Shown: positions 30,988 through 41,101 of the stretch, in pieces | How the letters are laid out: each line of letters begins with the position of its first letter | Numbering within the stretch: position 1 is the first letter of the stretch | From: Calditrichia bacterium | GTDB taxonomy: Bacteria > Calditrichota > Calditrichia > RBG-13-44-9 > J075 | Direction: 5' to 3' | Length of the DNA stretch: 64,000 nt | Assembly: GCA_050633245.1 (NCBI GenBank) | Contig: JBOEGD010000009.1 | Coordinates: 224,001-288,000 of the forward strand | Notes under the pieces: generated by a model | Told to the model about the DNA's origin: nothing | Database searches by the model: none | Seen by the model: only the letters and a program-made list of their open reading frames with translations | Translations under genes and position numbers: made by a program

Positions 30988-33627
30988 CTACAGACTTTCC
31001 CGGTGAATCTGCTCCAGATAGCTGGTATCACCAAACTCCAGGATATAGAACAATCCTTTTGCCTCTGTCTCCAAATCAATTTCGACGAACCCGGCCCGAT
31101 GTCTTACCGTTTTTCTTTTTGCCGGACCACTCAGGGACATACTGATAAGGCGACCGGAACGCTTATCGGTTCTTGGAAGAAAAATTGTTCCAGTCAGAAC
31201 TTCGGCAACAACAGGCGCCTGCCCTTTTTGTAGCAACTCATCACCGCCATAATTCCAGATATCGTTGCTGTTCTCTCCTCTGCCGATAGCGCTAATTAAC
31301 AATAGATTGCTGTTTTCCAAGGGAAGAGAATCCAGACTACTGACGTGAATAGCACCAATAGTTGACGATAAAGATTTAATTTTTAGTCCACCACACCGGT
31401 AGGTTTCTTTGGCGCGAAGTTTACCACTGACGCCGGAACTATGAGGTGAATTTAGTATCAACAAGGACTTGTTTACATCACGTTGCACTGCTCCTCCAGA
31501 GGGACCGCGAACATCTTCAAAACCGGCAAAATCGTGTGAAGCGGACAGCTCTCCCAGTTTTTCTTCCTCCATGTCTATCCGTGAAGCAAGTTCAAACATC
31601 TCGATCCCCGTATTGAAGAAGGGGATTTCCCCGTTGCGCCAGACCTGTGGGCCATACATCTCATGCTCAGACCAAATAAGCTCATAGCGATCTGAATGTT
31701 TGGGAATATCTCCTCGTCTGAAAAGAAGCGCAGCTGCAGGAAAAATGCCCATCGTAACAGGATCATTGTATAAATTGTAGGCACCGCGCAAGTCTTCTGC
31801 GGGACCGGTTCCGCTTTGTCGATAGGCATAAATAGATAGCGCATTCCAGCCTTGTTGACTACCATGAGCTGCCATTTGCAGGGGAATAGTAACCCGCCAC
31901 TGATCCGGCCAAATTGTACCGTATTCAGAAACAGTGAGTGGCAATCCGGCAATCTTCGAGAAAGCGACCTCTGAAGCGATGGTTGGCAATGCTCCCGGAG
32001 AATCCAACCTTCCACGACGGTACACATGGGTATCCATAAAATCCATCGTTGCCTGAGACGGCAGATCCTTCTGATGTAGAATCCAGTTGGTGCCATTTAT
32101 CGGTATCGAAACGCCTTGCGATTTTAACAACCGACGCATATCAGCAAAAAAGTCTTCCTGAATCTCATTCAGAAAGCGCTTTCCATCAGCTGAACTCCAC
32201 AGATCAACGCTTGAAGCAAATTTCCAACGCTTCCACGCCCAGTCCGCATGTTGCTTTTCAAATTCAGAGATATATGGCTCCAAATCGAATCCATTGCTGC
32301 GCGACGGAATAAAGTGTGATGTGATATCGTTTTCATTGACCAGCGTCGTCATCGCAAAAGACGGATCGTCTTTGTAGGCTATTTCGGTATAAGGATTGAC
32401 GTGACCCCAAAGCAAAGCAGCATAACGGCGTTGTCTTTCTACCAGCTCTGGTACGACATAAGACAGTCCTTTCCAGGTACGCAGCTGCTTTGGTCTTGGC
32501 CAGATTTCGTCGGGGTCGACCAGTAAATCCATTTGAATGTAAATCCCTTCTTTTTTCAAGCAGCAGAGTAGATAATCCAGCTTATTCCACAGCTCTTCAT
32601 CAAAAACATATCGTCCACGCGGATCTAGTGAGCAAAGCTTTGTTGGAGACCAGTTAACATTCAGATGATGGATTCGAACAAGATTAACACCTATCTTTGC
32701 CAACCGTCGTGCCAGAATCTGCGCTTCTTCGTAGTCTGGGAAACACTGCATAGCACTTAAGTTGACGCCCCAAAAACGTATTTCATCGCCATTCTGAAAT
32801 TTGAAGGCTTCTCCGTCGGTGCGGACAAAGCCATGTTTACCAGCGGGGCGATGATTCAGAAACGATAAATCGATCGGGAAATCATCCCACGGAAGCGGGT
32901 TCACCACCCAGTCTGCCGTTTGGTTATTCCGCCCCGGTAATTGTGGATCGAGCAGAGCAGATAGTTCACTTGAGAATTCCATTGTTACCTCAAGAGAATG
33001 CAAGCCTTCGTAAATCAGATCCTGCACTACCCAAATGCGCATCTCATAATGATCATTACGCAACAATACATCGACCTTTACCGGGTGATTAAACATCAAT
33101 CGAATATTGCCATATTCTGCATGCACCAACTGAACGTCCCGGACGGTTGAGGAAAACAGGGCTTTATCTCGTATCAGCGACAACCGAAAACGATGTTTGC
33201 CGCGATCGGCGGAAGCAAGTAGTTCCTGACCATACCAGACCGGTGTTGGCAAACGTAAACGGAGCGCGCCACCGATTGCCTTCACGGTCTGTGTAAAGTC
33301 CAGCGTTTGATCGAACGATATCGTTGTGTCATCAATTTGCCGGAGCGACAGCTGCGAAGGCAACGTCAACGAATAGTTTGTGGAGAAAGGAATTTCGACA
33401 TGCGTCTTCCAGCGTACCTGTCGCAAGTCTGTAGCGAAGTCCGCACGCGGCTCTAATGGTCGCAACCAGCTCCAGTGAGCATCCCAAAAATCGAAACCTA
33501 CATCGAAAAGCAGACGCTCATCGGCATACAGGTTAATTTTGTCTGGTCCTCTCGCCTCAAGGTCGAGCGAACCAGACATTGCGGAGAGGGAGGTAAAAAT
33601 CAAAAGCGACAGAATTCGAATCGTCAT
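30988..33627 (-). CDS. Secreted clan GH-A (GH5-like) glycoside hydrolase
   Basis: Signal peptide; RFWGVN, GVNLVRIHH, NE acid/base (LVNEND), DTHVY, VSEY nucleophile. Confidence 0.7.
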   Translation of the reverse strand: MTIRILSLLIFTSLSAMSGSLDLEARGPDKINLYADERLLFDVGFDFWDAHWSWLRPLEPRADFATDLRQVRWKTHVEIPFSTNYSLTLPSQLSLRQIDDTTISFDQTLDFTQTVKAIGGALRLRLPTPVWYGQELLASADRGKHRFRLSLIRDKALFSSTVRDVQLVHAEYGNIRLMFNHPVKVDVLLRNDHYEMRIWVVQDLIYEGLHSLEVTMEFSSELSALLDPQLPGRNNQTADWVVNPLPWDDFPIDLSFLNHRPAGKHGFVRTDGEAFKFQNGDEIRFWGVNLSAMQCFPDYEEAQILARRLAKIGVNLVRIHHLNVNWSPTKLCSLDPRGRYVFDEELWNKLDYLLCCLKKEGIYIQMDLLVDPDEIWPRPKQLRTWKGLSYVVPELVERQRRYAALLWGHVNPYTEIAYKDDPSFAMTTLVNENDITSHFIPSRSNGFDLEPYISEFEKQHADWAWKRWKFASSVDLWSSADGKRFLNEIQEDFFADMRRLLKSQGVSIPINGTNWILHQKDLPSQATMDFMDTHVYRRGRLDSPGALPTIASEVAFSKIAGLPLTVSEYGTIWPDQWRVTIPLQMAAHGSQQGWNALSIYAYRQSGTGPAEDLRGAYNLYNDPVTMGIFPAAALLFRRGDIPKHSDRYELIWSEHEMYGPQVWRNGEIPFFNTGIEMFELASRIDMEEEKLGELSASHDFAGFEDVRGPSGGAVQRDVNKSLLILNSPHSSGVSGKLRAKETYRCGGLKIKSLSSTIGAIHVSSLDSLPLENSNLLLISAIGRGENSNDIWNYGGDELLQKGQAPVVAEVLTGTIFLPRTDKRSGRLISMSLSGPAKRKTVRHRAGFVEIDLETEAKGLFYILEFGDTSYLEQIHRESL

Positions 33628-33634
33628 GATAAGC

Positions 33635-34717
33635 TCATTTACCGGAAGTCGTTGATCCAGCGGTCATATGCCGGGGTGGAGAAATGACGCTATCGAGAAC
33701 CGTACCATCAATTGTATTTTGCAATCGAGCCCCTCCAATTTTTCCCCAGGCAAACCGCAACATTCCGAAGAACTGCGGAACAACCACCAAGGCAAGGTGA
33801 ACCGCATAAAGCAGAGCAAATCCGGTGCTGAGACCGTACGTCTTTTTAAAGCTGGTCGTTTTCCAAAGCGGTCGAAGAAACGCTACCACAGCTATTAAAA
33901 GGCTTAAGATTGGAATTCCACCCAAAAAACCTGCTGCTAAAATGGCTATTGGAGCAGTTGCACCAAATAGAATGCGCATCACGGGACGTTGAAACAAGCG
34001 TTCGGGCAGGCCAAGGTTACGCCAGGCAATTTCCGCATAAGCGTGTCCGCTGCGATAGGCTCTTCGCCAATATTGCTTTGCAGAGGTCATGTTAATATCA
34101 TGTGTCGTCATTGGTTCAATAAGACGATATATCTGCCATCCATCGCTACGCATGCGATAACCAACATCTGGATCTTCTCCTGCAACCAGATGTTCGTCAT
34201 AACCATTAACCGACTCTAATGCTTCGCGTCTTACCAGCGCGTCTCCTCCAAACGATCGACAGGGACCTTCTTCATAATTGTAGCCGCGCTTGCCGGCCAT
34301 CAGTTCCCATTCGAGATTGGTTATTTGGTGATATCGGTTTTTATTGGGATGTTTTTCACGACGTCTGCCAATAATCGCGCCGAACTGTCCCTGCATTCTT
34401 CCCAACGCCTTATTGAACCACTCAGGATCGAGTTCGGTATCGGCATCAAGAAATTGAATATAGGGTGCGTGACCAGCCTTATAGCCGGCATTTCGACCTC
34501 TTCCGGGCGTGGGGTGTGGATGTCTTAAGGCAATGACCTGTGAAATCTCGGCGTTAATTGCCAAGTCGAGACTGGCATCTTTCGAGCCGCCATCGACATA
34601 CACAATACTTAGCAGTTCCTGTGGATAATTTGCTCTCCGAACCGAAGCTATGCAGTCCGTCAGATACAATTCGACATTAATACCAATAATTACCACATCA
34701 ATTTCAGGGTAGGTCAT
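33635..34717 (-). CDS. Glycosyltransferase family 2 with C-terminal TM helices
   Basis: VDGGSKD, GRNAG, FLDAD, AGED, RAYRSG. Confidence 0.9.
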   Translation of the reverse strand: MTYPEIDVVIIGINVELYLTDCIASVRRANYPQELLSIVYVDGGSKDASLDLAINAEISQVIALRHPHPTPGRGRNAGYKAGHAPYIQFLDADTELDPEWFNKALGRMQGQFGAIIGRRREKHPNKNRYHQITNLEWELMAGKRGYNYEEGPCRSFGGDALVRREALESVNGYDEHLVAGEDPDVGYRMRSDGWQIYRLIEPMTTHDINMTSAKQYWRRAYRSGHAYAEIAWRNLGLPERLFQRPVMRILFGATAPIAILAAGFLGGIPILSLLIAVVAFLRPLWKTTSFKKTYGLSTGFALLYAVHLALVVVPQFFGMLRFAWGKIGGARLQNTIDGTVLDSVISPPRHMTAGSTTSGK

Positions 34718-35259
34718 AGCTGCTCCTCCACGACTGAATGCGTATGAGACCCATTCTCTGGTGTCACTGGAATAATCCTGGCCGGAATACCAACTGCAAG
34801 TGAGTTCGCAGGAACACTATTTATCACCACAGCATTAGCACCAATACTCACATTATCTCCAATTTCAATGGCGCCAAGAACTTTTGCTCCTGCACCAAAA
34901 CTTACATTATTGCCAACCTGCGGTGCTGCAGGTTCCGCGGCTCGCTGTAATCCCACTGTTACACCATTTCGCAACACACAGTTATCTCCAAAGCTGGCGA
35001 AGCCGCTCACCACGATGCCACCATGGTGGTCGATGCGGAAGCTTTTGCCAACAGGTACCTCACATGGAAGCTCAATTCCGGTAAGCAGCTGGACAAACAG
35101 ATACGCAGCTTTATATATCATTGAAAGTGGTTTGCGAATGATCGCCGAGCGGATACCATAGCGCCAGCGTCCAAAGCGATAAACCGTCATTACCCAAAAG
35201 CCGGGTCGTGTCCAGTCTCCGCCATAACATTGCAAATCGGCACGGAGATTATTAAACAT
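34714..35259 (-). CDS. CysE/WcaB-like O-acetyltransferase (hexapeptide)
   Basis: GIELP, IDHHGGIVV, GAGAKVLG, GANAVV, VGIPAR. Confidence 0.88.
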   Translation of the reverse strand: MFNNLRADLQCYGGDWTRPGFWVMTVYRFGRWRYGIRSAIIRKPLSMIYKAAYLFVQLLTGIELPCEVPVGKSFRIDHHGGIVVSGFASFGDNCVLRNGVTVGLQRAAEPAAPQVGNNVSFGAGAKVLGAIEIGDNVSIGANAVVINSVPANSLAVGIPARIIPVTPENGSHTHSVVEEQL

Positions 35260-37132
35260 CCTTTTTACCTCCGCTCAGGTAGCTGTTTAGTGTAACGTAG
35301 CGCAGAAGTAGCGAGTCGCTAAGCCGCTTCTTTTCATAAAGGCGCTGCATTTTTTCAGCAATGACCATCGGCAGATACCTGTCGACAGAATCCATTTGAC
35401 TTCGTATAAACTGCTGATTCTCAGCATCGGCCATGTAGCGATCATTGCTGAAGTAGGCCTCTTCAACCCTTGCCCTGTTCCTCATTTTTTCCTGAAATGG
35501 CTTGATGGTGCGGCGTCCGATTGCCGCAGCAACTTCACGACTGCGATAGAGCCAACCGGGATCCTTTGGAGAACCAGTAGACCCCGCTTTGCGAAAGTGG
35601 CTAAGTTCAGGTAAATAGGTTCGCCAATAATAATTGTAGAGGCCGTTTCCAATACGCAAACGCTTGTCTGTATTCAAGCAAACAGTTCGCACCTGAGCGT
35701 CTACAAACAGACAGGCGCAACGTGCAAAGGAACTTATACTCACTGGTCCCGCGCTAATAAGGTTTCGCCCTCTGGTGTAATGTTTTGCGGCTTCGACGAT
35801 GTCTAAGTGCAGATCTGCTGATGAGCGTGCTGCATCAAGAGTATGGCGAATTCGTTTGAGAAGCTCAGAACGTATACCACCGGTCATCATACCGGACAGT
35901 CCGGAATCGTCAATCGCTTCGGGATCGTTATAAAGCATGTCCAGATAAAAAGAATCATCTCGTGCCGGTTCGTTTACGTCCATCGTGAGAAACATGTAGT
36001 CCAGCAGTTCTTTTGGACTTTTGCCCTTCTTATAAAAATAGCCGCTGCCAAGAATAACGTCACCTATAAAACCATCCATGTAGAAATCGGCGTTGGATTG
36101 TTGCACGCGCTGCTGCAAATGCGAAACATGCGCATATTCAAGCGTTGCCATAATCCGCTGACGGCTTGCCACGTCACTGCCATAAACTGCCGGCAAATTG
36201 GTTGGAAACGATTCGCTGCGAAATTCAAGATTTAGACTATCTGCCACCTGAGATGCAAGAACGGTCTCAGCAGATCTATCATATCCAAAATTCAAACAGT
36301 CAGGTGCAAACGAGCTCGTATAATTAGCTAATAGACGTGAATCATAACCACCACTGAGACCGATAAAATATTCTGCCTGGGAAAACCTGGCAAAATAGGC
36401 ATTGATCGCCTTATGCAGTGCTTCTCCGGCATCTTGCAGCGATTGATACCTCAGGTCTGACGGCAAATAAGTGTGCAGGCTGACTGGCGTCGTGCTCAGA
36501 GTTCCTCTCTGACAGGCAACAGATAAAACCTGACCCGGTTTAAGTCGATCGATATTTAGAAAGATCGAGTCTGAAAACGGCAAATAACCATATTTTAGGA
36601 ATTCCACCGTGGCAATGGGACAAAGAGATGTTTCAGATAACCCGTACTGCGATTGGCGGTGTATAGACATCACATTCGATGAAATGTAGATACATTCATA
36701 GCTATTCCAGACAAAGACCGGCATGGCTCCGTAATCGTCCTGCAAAACAAAAAGCTCATGATTGATGCGATCATAAATTATTAACACAAATAGACCGCCG
36801 GCAATATGATGTGCCAGATCTTCCGGTTTCTCGTTATTCAGGATCTCGCGAATCCGGCGCAGATTGGTCTGCCCGTCGAGGGTCTTGCTATCGTGTAAAT
36901 ATAAATGGCCCTCCAAAAAAAGCTCATAAACCGGCGTGCCAAGGCGCTGCCAACAAACCTCCGTTCTGTCGAAGCTCCAGTTGATTGCAAGTCTGCCATC
37001 GCAGAAATAATCATCAGAGACCTCTTCTTGTAGAAAGTCCTGATTTTTCTCTATTCGCAGAAGCCAGCTGTTTTGCAGAACATTTGCCTGCTGACTTCGA
37101 TTGATTGAGTGAAAAGTCTGTACAAAATCCAT
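35252..37132 (-). CDS. Asparagine synthase-like amidotransferase/amide ligase with degenerate glutaminase domain
   Basis: GLSGGYDSR PP-loop, DG..GD; N-terminus lacks the MCG catalytic Cys. Confidence 0.75.
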   Translation of the reverse strand: MDFVQTFHSINRSQQANVLQNSWLLRIEKNQDFLQEEVSDDYFCDGRLAINWSFDRTEVCWQRLGTPVYELFLEGHLYLHDSKTLDGQTNLRRIREILNNEKPEDLAHHIAGGLFVLIIYDRINHELFVLQDDYGAMPVFVWNSYECIYISSNVMSIHRQSQYGLSETSLCPIATVEFLKYGYLPFSDSIFLNIDRLKPGQVLSVACQRGTLSTTPVSLHTYLPSDLRYQSLQDAGEALHKAINAYFARFSQAEYFIGLSGGYDSRLLANYTSSFAPDCLNFGYDRSAETVLASQVADSLNLEFRSESFPTNLPAVYGSDVASRQRIMATLEYAHVSHLQQRVQQSNADFYMDGFIGDVILGSGYFYKKGKSPKELLDYMFLTMDVNEPARDDSFYLDMLYNDPEAIDDSGLSGMMTGGIRSELLKRIRHTLDAARSSADLHLDIVEAAKHYTRGRNLISAGPVSISSFARCACLFVDAQVRTVCLNTDKRLRIGNGLYNYYWRTYLPELSHFRKAGSTGSPKDPGWLYRSREVAAAIGRRTIKPFQEKMRNRARVEEAYFSNDRYMADAENQQFIRSQMDSVDRYLPMVIAEKMQRLYEKKRLSDSLLLRYVTLNSYLSGGKKDV

Positions 37133-37164
37133 TTCCCCTTCCCTTCGGGATCCCTCCCTTTTGC

Positions 37165-38154
37165 TTATCCGTGGCGTAAGACACCGCGGCCAAACCCGTC
37201 ACGACGTAACGTATCAACAATCAATCGGACTATTACTGCTGCTTCTTCACGTCTCATGTCTTGTTTCTCATCGCCACCGAGGCTGTTTTTGCACCAAACC
37301 AGAGAACGCCAGAATAGCTCGACACCTGCCGATGCCAGTACTGCAGCCAGACCATAGTTTTTTCGGTAGTAGCGAAACTCGCTCTCAATACGAAAATTAA
37401 GAAGTTGCTTTCCGGTTGAACTCATACGCTTTTTCGTTGCTCCAGAGGACTGCCCACCAAGATGAATCACCTCCGCTTCCGGAAAGAATACGACACGCCA
37501 ACCGGCACGTTGAGCCTGTAGACAGAAATCTATTTCTTCAAAATACATAAAGTAGCGTTCGTCCAGAAAGCCAATCTGTTCTACCAGTTCGCGGCGAATC
37601 AGGAAGTAAGCCCCCACCACCCAGCCAACATCCTTCACACTGGAATGATCCCACCACGTATAATCAGGGCCGCCAAGCGAAGGCGACTCGGGAAATCGCG
37701 CTGCAATTCCAGACATAACAAGAAATTTTTTCCAGGCGCCGGGCAACATTCTTGCAGAGGGCTGTAAGTCACCATCGGTTCCGACCATTTTGATTCCCAG
37801 AACACCGCATTTATTATGTTTCTCCATGAATCCGAGCGTCGAGTTCAAAACGCCTTCCTTTAAATAGGCATCCGAATTGAGCAAAAGAACATATTCTCCT
37901 GAAGCATGTTCAAAAGCCAGGTTATTACCCTTCGCAAATCCATTATTATCGGAACTTGCAATTAGCTTTACCCAAGGGAACTCTTTACTTACCATTTCAG
38001 GAGAACCATCTTTTGATCCATTGTCTACCACGAAGGTCTCGCTGTCGATCCCTTCTACATAGCGTTCGACGTGCCTAAGACACTCGTGTAACACGTCGCG
38101 AGTATTATAGCTGACAATTATAATAGATAGTTTCTTTGTCGCCGATGGTGTCAT
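37165..38154 (-). CDS. Glycosyltransferase family 2 (WbbL-like)
   Basis: IIVSYN, VDNGSKDGS, NNGFAKGNN, LLNSD, YFEEIDFC. Confidence 0.92.
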   Translation of the reverse strand: MTPSATKKLSIIIVSYNTRDVLHECLRHVERYVEGIDSETFVVDNGSKDGSPEMVSKEFPWVKLIASSDNNGFAKGNNLAFEHASGEYVLLLNSDAYLKEGVLNSTLGFMEKHNKCGVLGIKMVGTDGDLQPSARMLPGAWKKFLVMSGIAARFPESPSLGGPDYTWWDHSSVKDVGWVVGAYFLIRRELVEQIGFLDERYFMYFEEIDFCLQAQRAGWRVVFFPEAEVIHLGGQSSGATKKRMSSTGKQLLNFRIESEFRYYRKNYGLAAVLASAGVELFWRSLVWCKNSLGGDEKQDMRREEAAVIVRLIVDTLRRDGFGRGVLRHG

Positions 38155-38173
38155 TTAGTACTCTCTGCTGTCA

Positions 38174-39082
38174 TTATGAATACAGCCCTTGAACGGGTGG
38201 TGGTAACTTTTCAAGACGCTTGCCAAGGTGCAATCGTTCCATCTGCCAGGCGTGCAAAGATTGACGAAACTCGTTATCGCCATAGCGTTTCATCCCCTGA
38301 AACATCGCCTTCAGATATCCTCCAACAATGCAAAGACCACCCAAGATATATGGACGTTCCAGCATGCGATAGCAGCCAATTGCCAGCAGATATAGCGGAT
38401 GGGTGCCCATAAAATACTGCCCACGTCCCCAGCGCATACGTCCATGATAAATACTCCGATGCGATGAGCCCATCAGCCGCTTGTGCAAAAAGTTGAGGTC
38501 ATTATGACGAATGCTACGGGTTCTCCAACCAGCGATGCGGGCGCGGTGAAAGGCAATTCCATCCCACATTACCTCGCGAACAAATCCACCAATATCTTCA
38601 AAGCATTGCCTACGGTAAAAGTTCATTGCCCCAACGACCATTTCATCGCTGGTCCGTTCTTCCACCTCTTTGCCGTCTTCGAACAGAATAACTTTTCCGC
38701 TCGCCGCTCCGAGTAGCGCGTCTTTTTTAAAGTATCCCAGCAGTGTTTCGAAATAGCGCGGTCTGAGCTCCAAATCTCCATCCATCTTGCAAAGATAATC
38801 CCAATCGATTGCTTGCAGACGCTCGAAGCCATAGTAGAATGCTTCCACTACCCCTGGCCCCACAGATCGCTCACCGCGATCCGGCTTGCGCACATAGCTA
38901 ATCCAGCTATAAATTTCGGCAGCCTTAGCACAAATATCCGGAGTACTATCCGTCGATCCATCATCAACTAACAGCCACTCAACAGGTTTATGACTTTGCT
39001 TCGCCATAGACTCAATCATAGCCGGCAAATACTCTTCTTCATTTCGAACGGGTGATACGATTACAATACGTTCAGTTTTCAC
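38174..39082 (-). CDS. Glycosyltransferase family 2
   Basis: PVRNEE, VDDGSTD, KMDGD, WDGI. Confidence 0.9.
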   Translation of the reverse strand: MKTERIVIVSPVRNEEEYLPAMIESMAKQSHKPVEWLLVDDGSTDSTPDICAKAAEIYSWISYVRKPDRGERSVGPGVVEAFYYGFERLQAIDWDYLCKMDGDLELRPRYFETLLGYFKKDALLGAASGKVILFEDGKEVEERTSDEMVVGAMNFYRRQCFEDIGGFVREVMWDGIAFHRARIAGWRTRSIRHNDLNFLHKRLMGSSHRSIYHGRMRWGRGQYFMGTHPLYLLAIGCYRMLERPYILGGLCIVGGYLKAMFQGMKRYGDNEFRQSLHAWQMERLHLGKRLEKLPPPVQGLYS

Positions 39083-40386
39083 TGTGATTCGTCCTCCTGA
39101 ACTCTGGCAAGTTTCACTTCGGCTAAATTCCTTTGCGGCGCAAAGATTTGCAAAAGCCGGTTTACATTGACAGGCTCCGCAAACTCTTCTTCAATTCTAT
39201 TTAGAGCAACTGAGGCCATATTCGCAGTTTTTCGTGGAAAATTCAGTGCTTCACGTATTGCTTCTGTCAGCGAAGGCACATCGCCGGGCAAAGCCAATCT
39301 GCCACTGAATCCATCATGAATAAGCTCCGGGATTCCCGAGATTCGTGTAGAAATAACAGGAACACCAAGTGCCATCGCTTCCATCAGCACCACAGGTATA
39401 CCATCCTGATCACCATTCCTGTCGCGCTTACAGGCCAGAACAAACATGTCTAGCCCCTTCATCCAATCTGCGACATTGTCGTGTGCAATTGATCCGCAGA
39501 AAGAAACATGATTTTGTAGTCCCAATTCATTAACCAGCTCGAGCAGTTCAGCCTCAAGCGGCCCATTACCAGCAATTTCCAGCTCGAAATTCTGTCCTTC
39601 ACAAGAGAGGCTACAGGCGGCTCGCAACAAAACATCCAGCCCCTTCTTTTCAACAAGACGACCAAGTGAACCGATTTTTGGACGTCTTGTTGATGTCTCT
39701 TCCTGAACTTTTGGAACAAACTCTGAAGTATTGACGCCACAACGAACAATGCTTACCTTCGAAGAATGAATTCCCTGTTCGCGCAGCCAGCGACGATTAA
39801 ACTCTGATATTGTAACAGCACTGGTAGAGCGCTCGACTTTCTGTGCGAGTAGTGAACCACGCTGAAACAGATCGTTCGCGTGTGAAGTAAAGCTAAACGG
39901 CACGCCGGAGAGCGAAGCCGCATACATAGCGATTTGAGTAGGTACATGCGCAAAATGAGCATGTACATGGCTGCAGTTGTTTTGCGAGATTTGTCTTGAG
40001 GCGTATACGGCAACCATAAACTGGTAGAGTAATTTATAAGAAGAGGGTTTTGCAATACCCGTTTTACCAATATCTGAGGCTACCATGCTCAGCGTTGAGA
40101 GATACGAGACAGGTTTGGTACATAAACAGAAGAGGTTAATGATTAGTAGGCGCAACAGCGAGACGGCATACAAATAATCGGTACGCCTTGCTAATTCCCA
40201 GGCTTCGGTCTCTGAAGCTGTTTGTCCGGGTTTATGCACGGAAAGACTGAGAACATAGATTCCGCGACGTTCGAGCGCTAATATCTCTCGATAAATGAAG
40301 GTTGCAGAAAGGGCGGGAATTTCCGGCCCGATATATGCGAGTCTAAGGTTAGAAGGTGCTTTGTTTATTTCCAGGGGCTTCATCAT
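39079..40386 (-). CDS. Glycosyltransferase family 4 (WcaL-like)
   Basis: HAHFAH, GRLVEKKG, DGIPVVLMEAMA. Confidence 0.92.
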   Translation of the reverse strand: MMKPLEINKAPSNLRLAYIGPEIPALSATFIYREILALERRGIYVLSLSVHKPGQTASETEAWELARRTDYLYAVSLLRLLIINLFCLCTKPVSYLSTLSMVASDIGKTGIAKPSSYKLLYQFMVAVYASRQISQNNCSHVHAHFAHVPTQIAMYAASLSGVPFSFTSHANDLFQRGSLLAQKVERSTSAVTISEFNRRWLREQGIHSSKVSIVRCGVNTSEFVPKVQEETSTRRPKIGSLGRLVEKKGLDVLLRAACSLSCEGQNFELEIAGNGPLEAELLELVNELGLQNHVSFCGSIAHDNVADWMKGLDMFVLACKRDRNGDQDGIPVVLMEAMALGVPVISTRISGIPELIHDGFSGRLALPGDVPSLTEAIREALNFPRKTANMASVALNRIEEEFAEPVNVNRLLQIFAPQRNLAEVKLARVQEDESQ

Positions 40387-40483
40387 TTACATCCTTGTAA
40401 TTGACTCAGGTTGCTCTTCCAAACATAGCCTGCATCATGCAGTTTATTTTTACAGCCAATTTTAGTTTTCGACAACCTCGCAG

Positions 40484-41101
40484 CTAAACATTAACCAATT
40501 GCGCTTTCGCAATTAACCGATTGCGATACCGCAATACTTTTGCAGGAGCACCAACAGCGATTGCCCCCGGAGGAACAGACTTAGTAACGACGCTGTTTGC
40601 ACCGAGAACAGCACCATCTCCGATGGTAATCCCGGGCAATAGACAGGCACCGCGACCAATCCACACGTCGCGGCCAATATGGATGGCCGCAATACTGTGC
40701 GTTTGTCTACGAATGAGTACGCCGGGTGTTATTCCATGATTGGCATCGCGTATGGAGACAAACTCTCCGATTAATGTGTAATCCCCAATTGAGATGTGGT
40801 CGTACGAGCAGATGGTCGTGCCGCGATTCAATCGCACTTCCCTACCCAAAGCAATCGAGCCGCTCTGTTCTGTCTGTAACTCAACGTAACTTCCAATACG
40901 GCAGTGCTCACCCATAAGCACCTGCCTGCTGCCTTTAATTGTCACCGGCCCATCGAATTGAGAACTTGCCGGAATACCAGCGTGTTGTCCACGCGCCCAA
41001 ATAAGCCAGCAAATACGCCGCAATGAATTGCGCAAGGGGTTCAGCATGCGGATTGGCAGAGCCAGCGCTTCCACCAGAATATTAAGAAGTTTCAGTTTCA
41101 T
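40484..41101 (-). CDS. Hexapeptide O-acyltransferase (LacA/WcaF-like)
   Basis: IRDANH, IGRDVWIG, PGITIGDGAVLGANSVV, GAPAK. Confidence 0.88.
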   Translation of the reverse strand: MKLKLLNILVEALALPIRMLNPLRNSLRRICWLIWARGQHAGIPASSQFDGPVTIKGSRQVLMGEHCRIGSYVELQTEQSGSIALGREVRLNRGTTICSYDHISIGDYTLIGEFVSIRDANHGITPGVLIRRQTHSIAAIHIGRDVWIGRGACLLPGITIGDGAVLGANSVVTKSVPPGAIAVGAPAKVLRYRNRLIAKAQLVNV

